This document shows positions 36,901 through 48,445 of a DNA stretch of 64,000 nucleotides, piece after piece (positions within the stretch are counted from its first letter, which is position 1; each line of letters opens with the position of its first letter). Source of the DNA: Amphiscolops sp. MND2022 (lineage: Eukaryota); contig OZ076413.1 in assembly GCA_964187785.1 (NCBI GenBank), positions 41,914,001-41,978,000 of the forward strand, in the 5' to 3' direction. A program made the translations under genes and the position numbers. The notes under the pieces are model-generated. The model saw nothing but the letters and a program-made list of their open reading frames with translations, ran no database searches and was not told the origin of the DNA.

Positions 36901-39139
36901 CGGTTGAAATCCGTCTCTTGTTCCGGTCCCCATATCCATGGTTCGTTCTTTTTCAATAATTTTCTCAGTCGGTCTGTTTGTTCCGAAAGTTTCGGTAGAA
37001 ATTTTGCCATATATTGTATAGCACCGAGAAATGATTTCAGATCTTTTGTGTTTTCCGGTGGTTTTAGTTTTAATATTGCTTCCACTTTCTCGTCGTTCGG
37101 TTTTATTCCGTTCTCATTTATTTCGTGTCCGAGCCATTTTGTTTCCTTCATGAAGAATTCGGATTTCTTTTTGCTTGCCCGGTATCCAGCTTTTTCTAGT
37201 TTATCCAGGACGTCGAATAGTTTCTTTTCGTGGTCTTGTTTACTTCCCCGTGTTACTATTATTATGTCGTCTAGCCACGCCGGTGTACAGTATTCAAGGG
37301 TTCGGTCTATTTTTTTCCTGGAAAATTGTGGGTATGTCGGCGAGACCGTAAAACCCTTTTTTAAATCGGTAGTATCCGCTAAAATTTCCTCCAGTTAGTG
37401 CAAATACGCATTGTCGGCTTGTCTCTTCTGATAGTTTCATTTGTCCGTATGCGTAATCTAAGTCAATCTTTGACATGAATAATTGTGCTGTCCGGTCGCG
37501 TGTGATTTCCACCGAAATTTGGTTTAACAGTTCTTCCATGTTCGGCATATGGGGTCTCATTTTTATGCAGCTGTCGTTTAATTTTCGTGAATCAAGTGCT
37601 ATCTTTACCGATTTGTCGCTTTTCACTGTGATCACTACCGGTGATACGAAACAGTCTTCGTCTACATCATTTATTTTTTCTAGATGTCCGGTTCGAATTA
37701 GTTTCTTCAATTCTCTTTCGACATCTTCTTGTAGATGTAGTGGTACCGGTCTTGCTTTTTGTTTAATCGGGTAGTGTCCCGGTTTGAGCTGGATATTCAT
37801 TTCGGTGTCTTTTATTGTTTCGTTGTTTTCAAATAGGCCTTGGAATTTTCCGAATATTTTCTCTCTTTCTGATTGGTTGCTTTCGGCCAATTGTATTCTT
37901 CCGATAGTTAGTTTGAAAATTTTCATCCAGTCCATGCCTAATAAAGGTGTGATGTCGGTTCTTTCGGTTATTAAAATTTCCATTTTCTGTTTGTTTTTTT
38001 TCGTATTCGATATTTACCGGAATTTTTCCCCGGAATTTTACTTCGTTCTTGTTGACATCTTGGTATCGGTTAGATACTTTTTGTAATTCGGTTGTTTTCA
38101 TTATTCGTTTGTCCGGAGGCATTATTGATATTGGTGACCCGGTGTCGATTATGAATTCTTTTATTACTCCGTTGATTTTCACGTTCGCGGTGTAGTGTTT
38201 GTTCGTTTCTTCGATTTTCTTTATTTCTTTTATGTGGTGTATGCTTTCTTCTGACTCGCATGATGATTCGTTCATTTCATCTTCGGTTAGTCTTTTCACT
38301 GTTCGGTTGTTGTTGAATTTCTGTCTGCATGCTTTCGCGTAGTATCCTTTCTTTCCGCATTTGTTGCAGTTCGCGTCTGTTGCGGGACATTTGTGTAACG
38401 GTGTCCAGTTTGGGGCATTACAAAATCTGCACGGTCGGTTACTGAAGTTTCTGTTTTTCGGTCTTGTTCCGAATCTTTCCATTCTTTGTATTGGTTCTTC
38501 TTTTATTATGTGTTTCTCTTTCGTTGATATCAAGGCTTCCGGAATTGTGTTCTTTTTGTTTTTCTTTTCATACGTGTTCTGTTTTATCAATTCGATTATC
38601 TTCTTCATTTCCAGAGTTTTTTCCTTCATTATTTTGTCCCGTAATTTTTTATCGGTGATTGCTGTCTTGTATTTCGATATTAGTAATTCTTCAGCCGAGA
38701 TCGTGTTGAAGTTACATTTTTTTTCAATTTCAATTAGCCGTCTCCAGAATTCTTCCGGTGTTTCTTCTTCGGTCTGTTTTGCCCAGAAGAATTCTCCTCG
38801 GTTGTGGTAAGTGTTCCTTTTCGGCATGTAGAACTCGGTAAATAACCGGATTAGGTCTTTTATTTTTATGCTGTCGGGTTCCGTTTTATATTCGGCCCTT
38901 GTTATCTGATAGAGTGCTTCCGGTCCCACACCCCATATGAAGTCTTCTTGTATGGCTTGTTCTTTTCCGGTCCATCCGGTGTCCGTGATCTCTTCACCTT
39001 TGAGTAATGGTGCGATGTCTATTTTATGTTCCCGTTTGCAAAATTGCCGGAATCGTTCTAGCCATTGTTTCGGTGTGAAAACCGGGTTTCCGTCGGTAGC
39101 TTTTGCTTCTAGGTTTGGTACTGTGTTTCGTTCTGCCAT
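33939..39139 (-). pseudogene. gag-pol (gag, PR, RT, RNase H, IN) with two homopolymer frameshifts (~37995, ~37310) and one in-frame stop (35577)
   Basis: CNKCGKKGYYAKAC, IIDTGS, KIDLDYAYGQM, AWLDDII, TTDASKTGLG, YTDHQAL, IDRFSKW, KSDKGG, NGAVERAI. Confidence 0.95.
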
Positions 39140-39180
39140 CTTGTTGGAAGTTCGTTGTAATTTTTTGTTAAAAATTGGCT

Positions 39181-39190
39181 GACTGCGCCA
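39181..39190 (-). promoter_or_regulatory. Primer-binding site, tRNA-Ser-like (short match)
   Basis: TGGCGCAGTC immediately inside the 5' LTR; tRNA identity from recall. Confidence 0.6.
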
Positions 39191-40164
39191 TGTTCTATTT
39201 CTAAGCTAGGTTAATATAGGACAAGATGATAAAATATAATGTGTATTCAGCACGACTATTTTGTAACCAAAGTATATACTAAATGTATATAAATTGTATT
39301 CTATTTTCAAGTTTGTATGTAAACAACTTGTATGGTTGTCTAAAGAGTCTAGACCGGAGCTCGGTAAAGGTCATTCGGAATCAACCGTATTACACGGACA
39401 ACCGTCCAACCGACAATCAAATATACCTAGTCAAAAAAAAACAGACTCAAATTATTATTTGTAATATTTTATTTTTAAGAACAAAATTATTTGAACAGCT
39501 GAAAAGTGTTCATTCGAAGCTACTTGTTGATTACTGATTTGCAACAAAGCATAAGAGTTTTTTTGTCGGCCTGAAGAATTGTCGTTGTAATCGCCTGTCG
39601 GTGTAAACATACAGTAGTGATATTTCTAAAAGCAACAAAAGGCAAATCTCAAAATCGAAATCTCTAAAACAGCCGAGATTTTTTAAAAATGATAAAATCG
39701 AAAGTTTCTTCGATTTTTATCTAGTTTACAAATATGTTTATTTGAAGGTTAGGCGATGAAAATTGTAGAAGTTAGGAAAAGCCATTTTTTAACCAAATTT
39801 AGGTCAAAATTGAGGTTTTTCTCACTTTTAGTCAACTTTCGCTTGAAATTTTAGAGAAATTTAATGTGCATTCGACTCCCATGGTTTAACTGAAGCCCTT
39901 GAAATGTTTTGATTTAGAAATCATCCTAAAATAGTAGAAAAAATACGCTGTTAAATTAGACTTTCTCAAAAATACATGTATTTAGAGATGATTTTGAACT
40001 TTATTAACTTAAAACAAGCTCATACTAGTACAATTTAGAATATTTTCGAGAAAAAATTACCTTGTCAGACTCGAAATGTTTGGGAGAATTTTTTGTCAAA
40101 ATCATTTTGAAATCAAAAAATTGTAAGTGGGTCAAAAATTCAAAAAAAACTTTAAAATATGATG

Positions 40165-40360
40165 TTTTTGAAATCGCTCTCGACCAATGAAATGAGCGCG
40201 TGAGACCTTGATCAGCCAATAATGTTTGTTTCTTTCCGCGTGCTATGTTGCTTCTTCTAGAATCACTACTGTAGCTCGCAGAAACAATGCGATACTCAAA
40301 TCTCACTGGCTAATTAAGGTCTCGTGAGCTCATTTCATAGGTTGAGGGCTATTTCCAAAA
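40165..40360. repeat. Imperfect palindrome with ~54-bp outer arms
   Basis: tgaaatgagcgcgtgagaccttgatcagcca ... tggctaattaaggtctcgtgagctcatttca. Confidence 0.7.
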
Positions 40361-43300
40361 GGTTGCCTACAAAATGACAACGTAGCAAAAAATTACAAAT
40401 TGAAATCGGTTTCAAACATCAATTTTTTTCACAAGAAAATGACTGCATGACTTCTTTTCTCGTTGTCAGAATTATGTTATAGCTGCTTGATCGAACATGT
40501 GCAATGATGAGCTTTGGCCAATCAGATTTGATTCTATTGAGAATGTTAAATTAAATTAACCTTGTTTTTGTCGTTTGCTCTCATGCTATTTGAAAGTCCA
40601 ACGACTTGATGAACGTGGTAATTGTATATTTCAAAAGCAAAGAATAAATAGATTGCTCCAGATAATCAGTATTGAGATTCAGAAATCATTCGTCAGGCGA
40701 TTTTAGCCTCAGTTTTCTCGAAATTGGTTGCAAAAACTTGAAAAACCTCAATGACAAAAGTTTCTGAGAAGTTCACTAGTTTAGATTAGTATTCTATAAA
40801 TGGATCTCTTTCACTATGTCCCCCTATATCACTCGTTACACAATGTCCCCCCTAAATAAAAGAAAGTTTGTGGCTCATTTATATTTATCTCCTATTGGCT
40901 AATCTCTCATGCTATTCTGTCAATCAATTGATGTCGTCATAACTAACGACACTTTTTATTGGTTCTTATTATCAATATCCCCACTCAGCCAATCAGAAGC
41001 GATGTTAGATAAGAGCAGATCTGCGCTTTTAGAATATGCAATACAGACAAAAGCAAGAATGACAAAAAGAGACAAAAAGCAAGAATGACACAAATAGCCG
41101 ATTTTGAAGCGAAATTGGGTCTTTTTGCCGTTTACCCACAATTTTTTCTGAAAAGTTTGAAGTTCAACAAAACCTGACAAATCAATTGAATCTATGGATT
41201 CACTTTGATTTCAAAAATGATTCACCGTTTCCGAATAATCAGACTCGAAATGAAAAATTTAGTCAATTTACATGTATTTGGATAGAAAATTAGGTTTTCG
41301 CGGTGAAACAAGTCCATTCAAGTTTCAGTGCGAGTCTTGGCAATAGGATTTGCTCCGCTTACGCTACGCTCGCCTCAACAAACAGTAAAATACATTATTG
41401 TAACGTATCCTTGTTCAAATAATTCGGCTGCGTCGTTTTCGATTCAATGTTTCTCCGATGACTGTTTGATCCCATCAATTCCAAACCGCTTCGTTCTCAG
41501 ACTTTTCTTCAATATTACAGGACTTCTGCATTGATTCCAGAACTTCCTTAGACGCCTTCATCTGCGCTCCTGTTCCAATGCTTGGTGTCGTCTGTAATTT
41601 TTCTTCTGATGCTATGCCACTTCCCGACTTACAGTTAATTTCTATTGTTTTTTAGATCCTGGGTATCACTTGTTTCTAGTGCATGAGTTGCTTCGCACCG
41701 TTCTTTCTTGTCGTCTCATTTTTGTCTCATGGCTTGGCAAATGGTTTCCATTCACACTAGCTCCTTTGTGTTTTTTCTTTCAGATTTTCAGAGGTGCCGA
41801 GTCGACTCCATCCGGCTAGTTTCTTGTTCTACCCCTTTCTGTCTCCTTGTTTTTTCCTATTCAACTTGTCTTTTCTCGACTCTATTCTTCTTAGACAGTT
41901 TGGCCAAAATTCATTTGATCATGATTATTTTTTTGAAAAATCGTTTTCTCCTTGGAATATATGAAACCATGTGAACCGCATTGTTTTCGCAGTAAAAGGC
42001 CGTCTAGCCTGGATCATCTGATCATTTCTCCTACGAGTACAATTGAATCCAAGTCGTGGAAGCTGGACAGAGTAAATTTGAACTATTGCTTACTAAATTT
42101 TCCGTTGCTTGTTCAAGAGAAAAAATTTTACCATGATTTTAAAAACTTTTCAACTGTTATGCAATTGAAGACTTCACACGTTTTTGGTTCTTTTTGATGT
42201 TACTTTCGATGCTTTCCCGATTTTTATATTTCATAGTTTGGTTGACTTGGAATTTACCGAAATTGGGTTCAAAGGGACTTTCTGCAAAAAATTTCTTTCA
42301 TTAGCAAGAAATTCATTCATCAAGCGGAAAATGAAACGCCTTATCAGCAAAGGAAATTGTATTTCAGGTCATCTTGTAACAACGATGAAAATTCAATCGT
42401 AGAAATTTTTCTGTAAAGCATAAAACAGCTTCTACAAAAATGGGCTAATTGTTTTAAGTGCTAATTTTGAAGATCAAACTATAAACAAATGAAGATGCCT
42501 TTAAATTTCAATTGACCCAAATTTTACATCAATAAAAATTGTTTTCCTTAACTTTCCTCTAATTCTTCAGTGCCAAAAATCCTCGTTTGACATGAAAAAG
42601 TCATGAATGTACAACAGTCAGAAAAATGATCTTTTAGCTCAGCGACTATATTTTATTTCTGCGTTTGCATTGACTTCAAATTTGGTTCAAAACAAAAAAG
42701 CGCATTAAAGACCTTCACTTGATCTCTTAGGAACAAACCAGGTTCTGATTCACGACAAGCTCACTATATAGATATGGCCACTGTTTCATACCTTTAAACT
42801 ACATTTTCGCATCTTTCATCAAACGAACTTCAATGATTCATTTGTATTTCTCCTGCCTTCGTGACGTTCAGGGTCGTTCTTTTATAAACAGAATTTAGAA
42901 AAATTGCACATCGAAAATGAAAATTTTCAACCCCTCAGTGCTCATTTAATTGCACTGGATTTTTATAATGAAAATTTCGATTGATTTTCTTTTGAATGTC
43001 CACGGTTTCAAACCCAGTCGAGTCGAACTTTGGGACTTTTTTCAGCGTCATGTCAAACCCTGAACTTTTTATTCGACCACAAATTTCCATGAACCGTCAT
43101 ATTTTTATGAACATTTTTAATTTTTTTTTTAAAAGTCTCACTGGGTATATAATTTTATGCTCCTCCTTTTTAAGCTTCAAGTTTGAAAAACCATCGTTTT
43201 GAAGTTTATTTTATTGGTGCAATTCATGGCAGCATTCAATAGCCATTTAGCAAAAACGAAAGTATGTTTTGGTCTTTAATGTACAGCGGCTTTTGAATTC

Positions 43301-44746
43301 TTTTGAGGTGAGGTGCTTTCAGGAAATCGAAGCGAAATTCCTGAATATAGTTTCTGAAGTGACAATTGAGATCAAGGAACATACTCGAGAATAAACGAAA
43401 GCAAAAACTGCATCAAGGGGTTAGAATTACGGGCAGGGTTTTGGTGATGTTTTTACGTGAAGACTCTTTGAGTTTTTATAAATAGCATTTATTAAACGCA
43501 AGCTTGATCTCGAAATATTTTAAAAGCAATCATTGGCATTTTTCACATTTAAAAAATCAATTACACAATTTTGCAATTAAATTCTCAATTTCCAGGGTGG
43601 CGCTTAGAATTAAAACGTCGACTTGATCAATAACAGGGAATCAAAAATTGTTGATTGAGATCTATTCGACTATCGATTACTTGATCGATTACAGACAGCA
43701 AGCAATCATAGATTTATTTTATTTTACCAGGATAGGAATTATGGGGCCTTTTCTAAACCCACAACCCTATCCATCAAACCTCTAACCTCGCCCTCCTCCG
43801 TTAAGTTTCGCATCTTAAATTTCAACACCCCCTCCCAAGTTTGTTTAGGTTAGCAGATACTACCCCATAAAGAAAGTGTGATGCGGAATTCATCGGAGAG
43901 GGGATCACGAAGATGACAATCTTTTGACGAGATAAACGTTTTTTTTTCACTTTTCATGAACAAAACAATTGTCATCTACTTGATCTTTCGATTCTCCAGC
44001 AACCGCAGTAGCTTCTTTAAAAGCGCAGCACGCTCGTTTAAAAACATTTGATTGACTGAAATTGTCTGAAAGCATTTCTACCTCCATTTTTGTTCCCCGT
44101 GTCATTAATTCGAACCTTGGAAATACCCTAACGACATCCCACGTGAAATGATTTGCAGGAACAAGTGTTCAATAGATCAATTGTAAAAGCCTTTGTTGGT
44201 GAATACAAAAAGTCGACATTCATTCAATGCGTTTGTGTCGACATCCGCAGGCGTGTATTTTGAAACAAAAGGGGCGGGAAATCTGTCAGGTTTTATTTCC
44301 CTCTGAGTAAATTTAATTGTTCAAATCTTTCAAGAACGGTGAACCCAGACGATTTGAGACGTGACAAAACGAATCGTGACCTCAGCAGCAAAACTTGCAA
44401 AATTTTGTGCAATAGAGATGTAGCAAAATTACTAAATCAATCGGGTCACTGTTTGTTAAATTCTGGATTGAGGAATCAAGAGTAAAAAACAACAAAAAAT
44501 CTTTATGAAAAGATGGATGTAATCGAATTGTTTTGGCCAATATGTGATAGAAGATTGAAGTTTGCCAGCAGGATTCTATGTTTGATTGGACCCAAAAAAG
44601 TAAAACACTGCATTGATATCAACTAAACAATTCAGTTTTTTTGCAAAACAAGGTTTTTTAAAGAAAAATAAATGAGTCAAACATACCCAAACTACATGCA
44701 TCACTTATTGTCGAGACAAAAGATTTGAAACGTTGGAATTACTATG

Positions 44747-47700
44747 TGTAAGATTTTTAGTTTTCCAGTAGCTTTAACTATTTGTTGAGAATAGCTCCAC
44801 TACAACTCAATTAAACCCGTAGGTACCATGCACGAGACAAGGACTGGCTGAGTATCTACATAAAGTTTTATTAACTTCAACCGCAAAGAAGAATCAATAC
44901 AATTGAAGACGGTGGGGGTAAGTGTGACAAGGAAATCACGATCTTCACAACTTTGCTATTTTTCTCTCTTTCAGGGGTTTGTCTCGCTACTCTTGGACTG
45001 TTTGAAATTATCTTTTCGCTGATGAAAAGAAGCAGGTTGAACTTTAATTACTATACATCAAATAAATAAGTCGAGTAATAGACACAAATACAATTTCACA
45101 TCCACGAATAATAGAATGAATAATATGATAACATCGATAATAGCGGAGAATAGTACTGAGTAGATTAGCAGGCATATTAGGAGGCATATAACACAAGAGA
45201 ACAGTAAACAAGACTTTCAGCAAGGTTAAGTTTTTGTATCCGTGAGGATGGGGGTGATATCGAAGATATCGGAAGAATCAACTCGCCGCAAAATCTCTAT
45301 CGGTCTTGGAGTGAAAACAATAAACCGTGTATTATCAGCCCACTTAGGCTTAAACCGTGTATTATCAGCCCACTTAGGCTTAAACCGTGTATTATCAGCC
45401 CACTTAGGCTTAAACCGTGTATTATCAGCCCACTTAGGCTCAACCGTGTATTTTCAGCCCACTTAGGCTCAACCGTGTATTATCAGCCCACTTAGGCTCT
45501 TTACATGTAATACGATAGACCAGCAGTCCACCCTACTCCCGGGTCGAAATCCGTACTAGCGAAAAGCGGGGTAGCAACAAATCAGGCAACTTCAGGTTGT
45601 TAGGCTGAAGGCACGGGCTAACCGGCCAGACGAAGTAAATCTGCAATTTCGATAGTCCGGCGTCTGATGCGGGATGCTATCGGACGCAAAGCAGCAAACC
45701 GTTCTCTAGATTTCAACTTACTTTGTGTGTCGCTAAAATGGCGCACACTTCGGCCTAAGTTACTTTTTCGGCAGTTTAGTCATATCATTATTCATAGTTT
45801 ATCAACTTTCCTTTTTCGGGTTCTGACTAAGTGTTGAGCAATACAGTTTTTTCCTACTTCGGTACTGAAAGTTCATTAGAAGTACATTTTCTCAGCACGA
45901 GTCGGTCCTAGTTCCACCTCCTTGTCAATCATGACTGATGGTTTTACTTCGTTTTCAATAGAATTTAAGGGGTGGTGCTACTGACTCAGTGTTTCCCACT
46001 TTTGTAAGCACGACTTGAACTTCGGCTTACTGATTGACATTTGCACTTTTTGCCAGGTCTCTTTTTCTCACGCGGTTCCTGACAACTCTCTTCAACTAAA
46101 AATGGCTGAAGGAAACAATTTTCTACAATTTACAATGACCGAAAAGGCGATTTCAATTCATATCAAAAAAAGTCGATTTTCGTGTTACAACTTCTAAGGG
46201 CAAAAACAAGGTGTTCCGATCACGGAAGGCAAAAACCAAGTACACCATTTGAAAGAACATTTTGAGGGCTACAAAAGTTTACTCCATGGTTTTCTTTCTA
46301 TTGCAACTCCTTCACAGTGAAAAACGCCTTTAAAGTTTGGTAGTCAAAAATCACCCATCGGTTTTCACGCAAATCTCAACTTTGGAGTGCTAGTACTCAG
46401 TCAATTTGAAAGATACAGGCTGGGGGCTTATATACATCGTTAGCCCAAGCCATTAGGAGTATTTTGCACTTTAGATGAGGTCTCTATCTTTTCTCAACAA
46501 AATTTGATAGTACTTTTTCTGAAAGTAGTCATTTTCCCGATTTTTATGTCTGGACTTTCAACTTTGGAGGCCAATATCTCGAAACCAGGGCATTTTTCGG
46601 AAAAACGCTTCTGCTAAACGCTGTGCGCCTGGGTCTTGTGCGTCTACCCTGAAAGTTTCAGCTCGATATCGCTCAAAACGTGCGGGGGGGGTTAGCATTT
46701 TGGTAGGTCGACATCCCTATCGGCAGAGAGAAATCACAACTTTAAATTCTTGGGGGTTCTTCGCTAGCGCACCGCAGCACTCTATTTAATATTCTATTCA
46801 CTCCTCCACTTCAATTCTCAAGTACGCTGTGAAGGGGGCGGCTATTGTGCGCTTACACGTTGAGTACTAAGCGATAACATGCGAAAAACGGCTTTTTAGG
46901 CCATTTTAGGGCTGTTTTTAACGTTTGCTGGCTCAGTTCTCAAAAACTACTGAATATTATTTATTTTCCAATTAACACAAGTTAGGGCATCCATTTATCT
47001 TTAATTTAAGCCATATTCGAACATTTTTTGACAACTGTAGCGATCACACGAAATTTTTAAACGAAACTCAATTTTGGAAAATCGTCAAAATTTTATATGC
47101 ACTTATTTTTAAAGCGTCTCCCCGATATGTTCCCGGGGTCGCACAACGCTCATATTCTCAACTTAAGCTCTCCTTCGGATGGGCTTTTGAATGTTGAAAA
47201 CCGTTTGTTGCTATCTTTTTTCATCTTCGAGAAATCGGGTTTTGATTTTTAATTTATATTAGGAGGGGGGATTAATTCAAAGTGTGCGGCGGCCGTTTTC
47301 TTATTAGCTACGCGTACAGCCACTCACAGCGCGTTCTAATTTTCATTCCTTTCGCTTTCTGACACGCTTAGGTGAGTTGCATTCAATGCTTATACCGCGT
47401 ACTGTGAAGTTTCACTCTCGCATACCCTCAAATACATGTATTAACATAGTAATTTGACTAAATTTCTTTTCACAGTATTTTATGACTTCTAATGCTTTTT
47501 CTGTGGAAATTCATTACTGAAAAGTTCTTAAAGGTTTACTCAACACGTAGTCAGGTCAAAAAGGAACATTTTGGTGGTTTAATTTTTCTTATATTCGCAA
47601 TAGGTATTGAGAAATTCAATGTTAAAGTTTCGTTCCGAATAGAATTTTGTTACATAGGTCTGAGTGGTGGCGGCCGTCTCACTGCATTAGTACGTTGCGC

Positions 47701-47906
47701 GGTCGCTTCATAGCAGCTAAGAATGGTTATTTTAGTTGTCCGCGAGACTAAAGACAATATTATTGACATTAAACAAAAGTGTGAGGTACTTGAAGTACTT
47801 ATTGTAATCTTTACTTTTATACGATATCACCCCGTAAAATCTACCTTGCTGATGAACTAAAATTTAATAAACACCAAATCATGAGCGGAAAGTCCAAAAT
47901 CCTACA
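44747..47906 (-). repeat. 3' LTR (3160 bp)
   Basis: Direct repeat of 57387-60547; PPT adjacent at 47907-47919. Confidence 0.97.
45321..45498. repeat. Minisatellite, 6 x 29-30 bp (taaaccgtgtattatcagcccacttaggct), inside the 3' LTR
   Basis: Four exact 30-mers plus two 29-mers, no spacers. Confidence 0.97.
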
Positions 47907-48445
47907 TTCCCCCCCACTTGGACTACTACTCTCCTGAGTAGTTGGTTTATTTAAATTTTATTCTTTTAGTAGGGGCGTTCTGATTCGTTAATTCGTAGTC
48001 CAGTCAGGTTGTAATGTAGCCTTGTTTCATCAATTTAATGTCTTTTATTTTGTAAACAAGTGCTTGAAATAAAATCACTCACACTCTATTAACAATCCTC
48101 CTAATTAAATACAAAATCACTCTATTCCTTAAAATACATTAAGTTCATCAAAATTTTCATTCTCACAATTTTCATCTTTTTCACTCCAGTTTAAGATTTT
48201 GGAAGTGAAGTGTGGTCAATTTTAAAACAATCTCTTTTCTGTTATAACTAAGTTCTTTACTGACTGGATTTCTTAGTTCATTCTCCTAAGTTTTAATATT
48301 TCAATAATTAATTCAATTTTCTGTCCAAGCAAGGAAAATATAGTTTTCGAGCTTCTCTTTGGGGCAAATAAATACAGGGGGGGTGGAGTTTAGTACAAAT
48401 CAGCACAAGTTACATATATTCTCACGGTTTTTCTCGGGAAGACTC

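Larger units (their letters stand above)
33573..39394 (-). mobile_element. Mag-like Ty3/Gypsy LTR retrotransposon, full length, recently inserted
   Basis: 204-bp LTRs 33573-33776 and 39191-39394 differing at 1 base; 5-bp TSD CGGAC; PBS TGGCGCAGTC; PPT GAAGAGAGAGGGGAAA; tandem zinc knuckles. Confidence 0.97.

Noticed and set aside
39400..44740. Host genes among the short ORFs in AT-rich DNA
   Set aside because: All are under 100 aa, Phe/Lys/Ile-rich as expected from base composition, with no motifs.
45321..45498. CRISPR-like array of 30-bp repeats (also 57961-58138)
   Set aside because: No spacers and no cas genes; it is a head-to-tail minisatellite in a eukaryotic LTR. The GLNRVLSAHL peptide repeat is only its translation.
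47840..47906. Hammerhead ribozyme (CTGATGA...GAAA) near the LTR end; CTGATGA also at ~45020 and ~18051
   Set aside because: The required flanking stems could not be formed.
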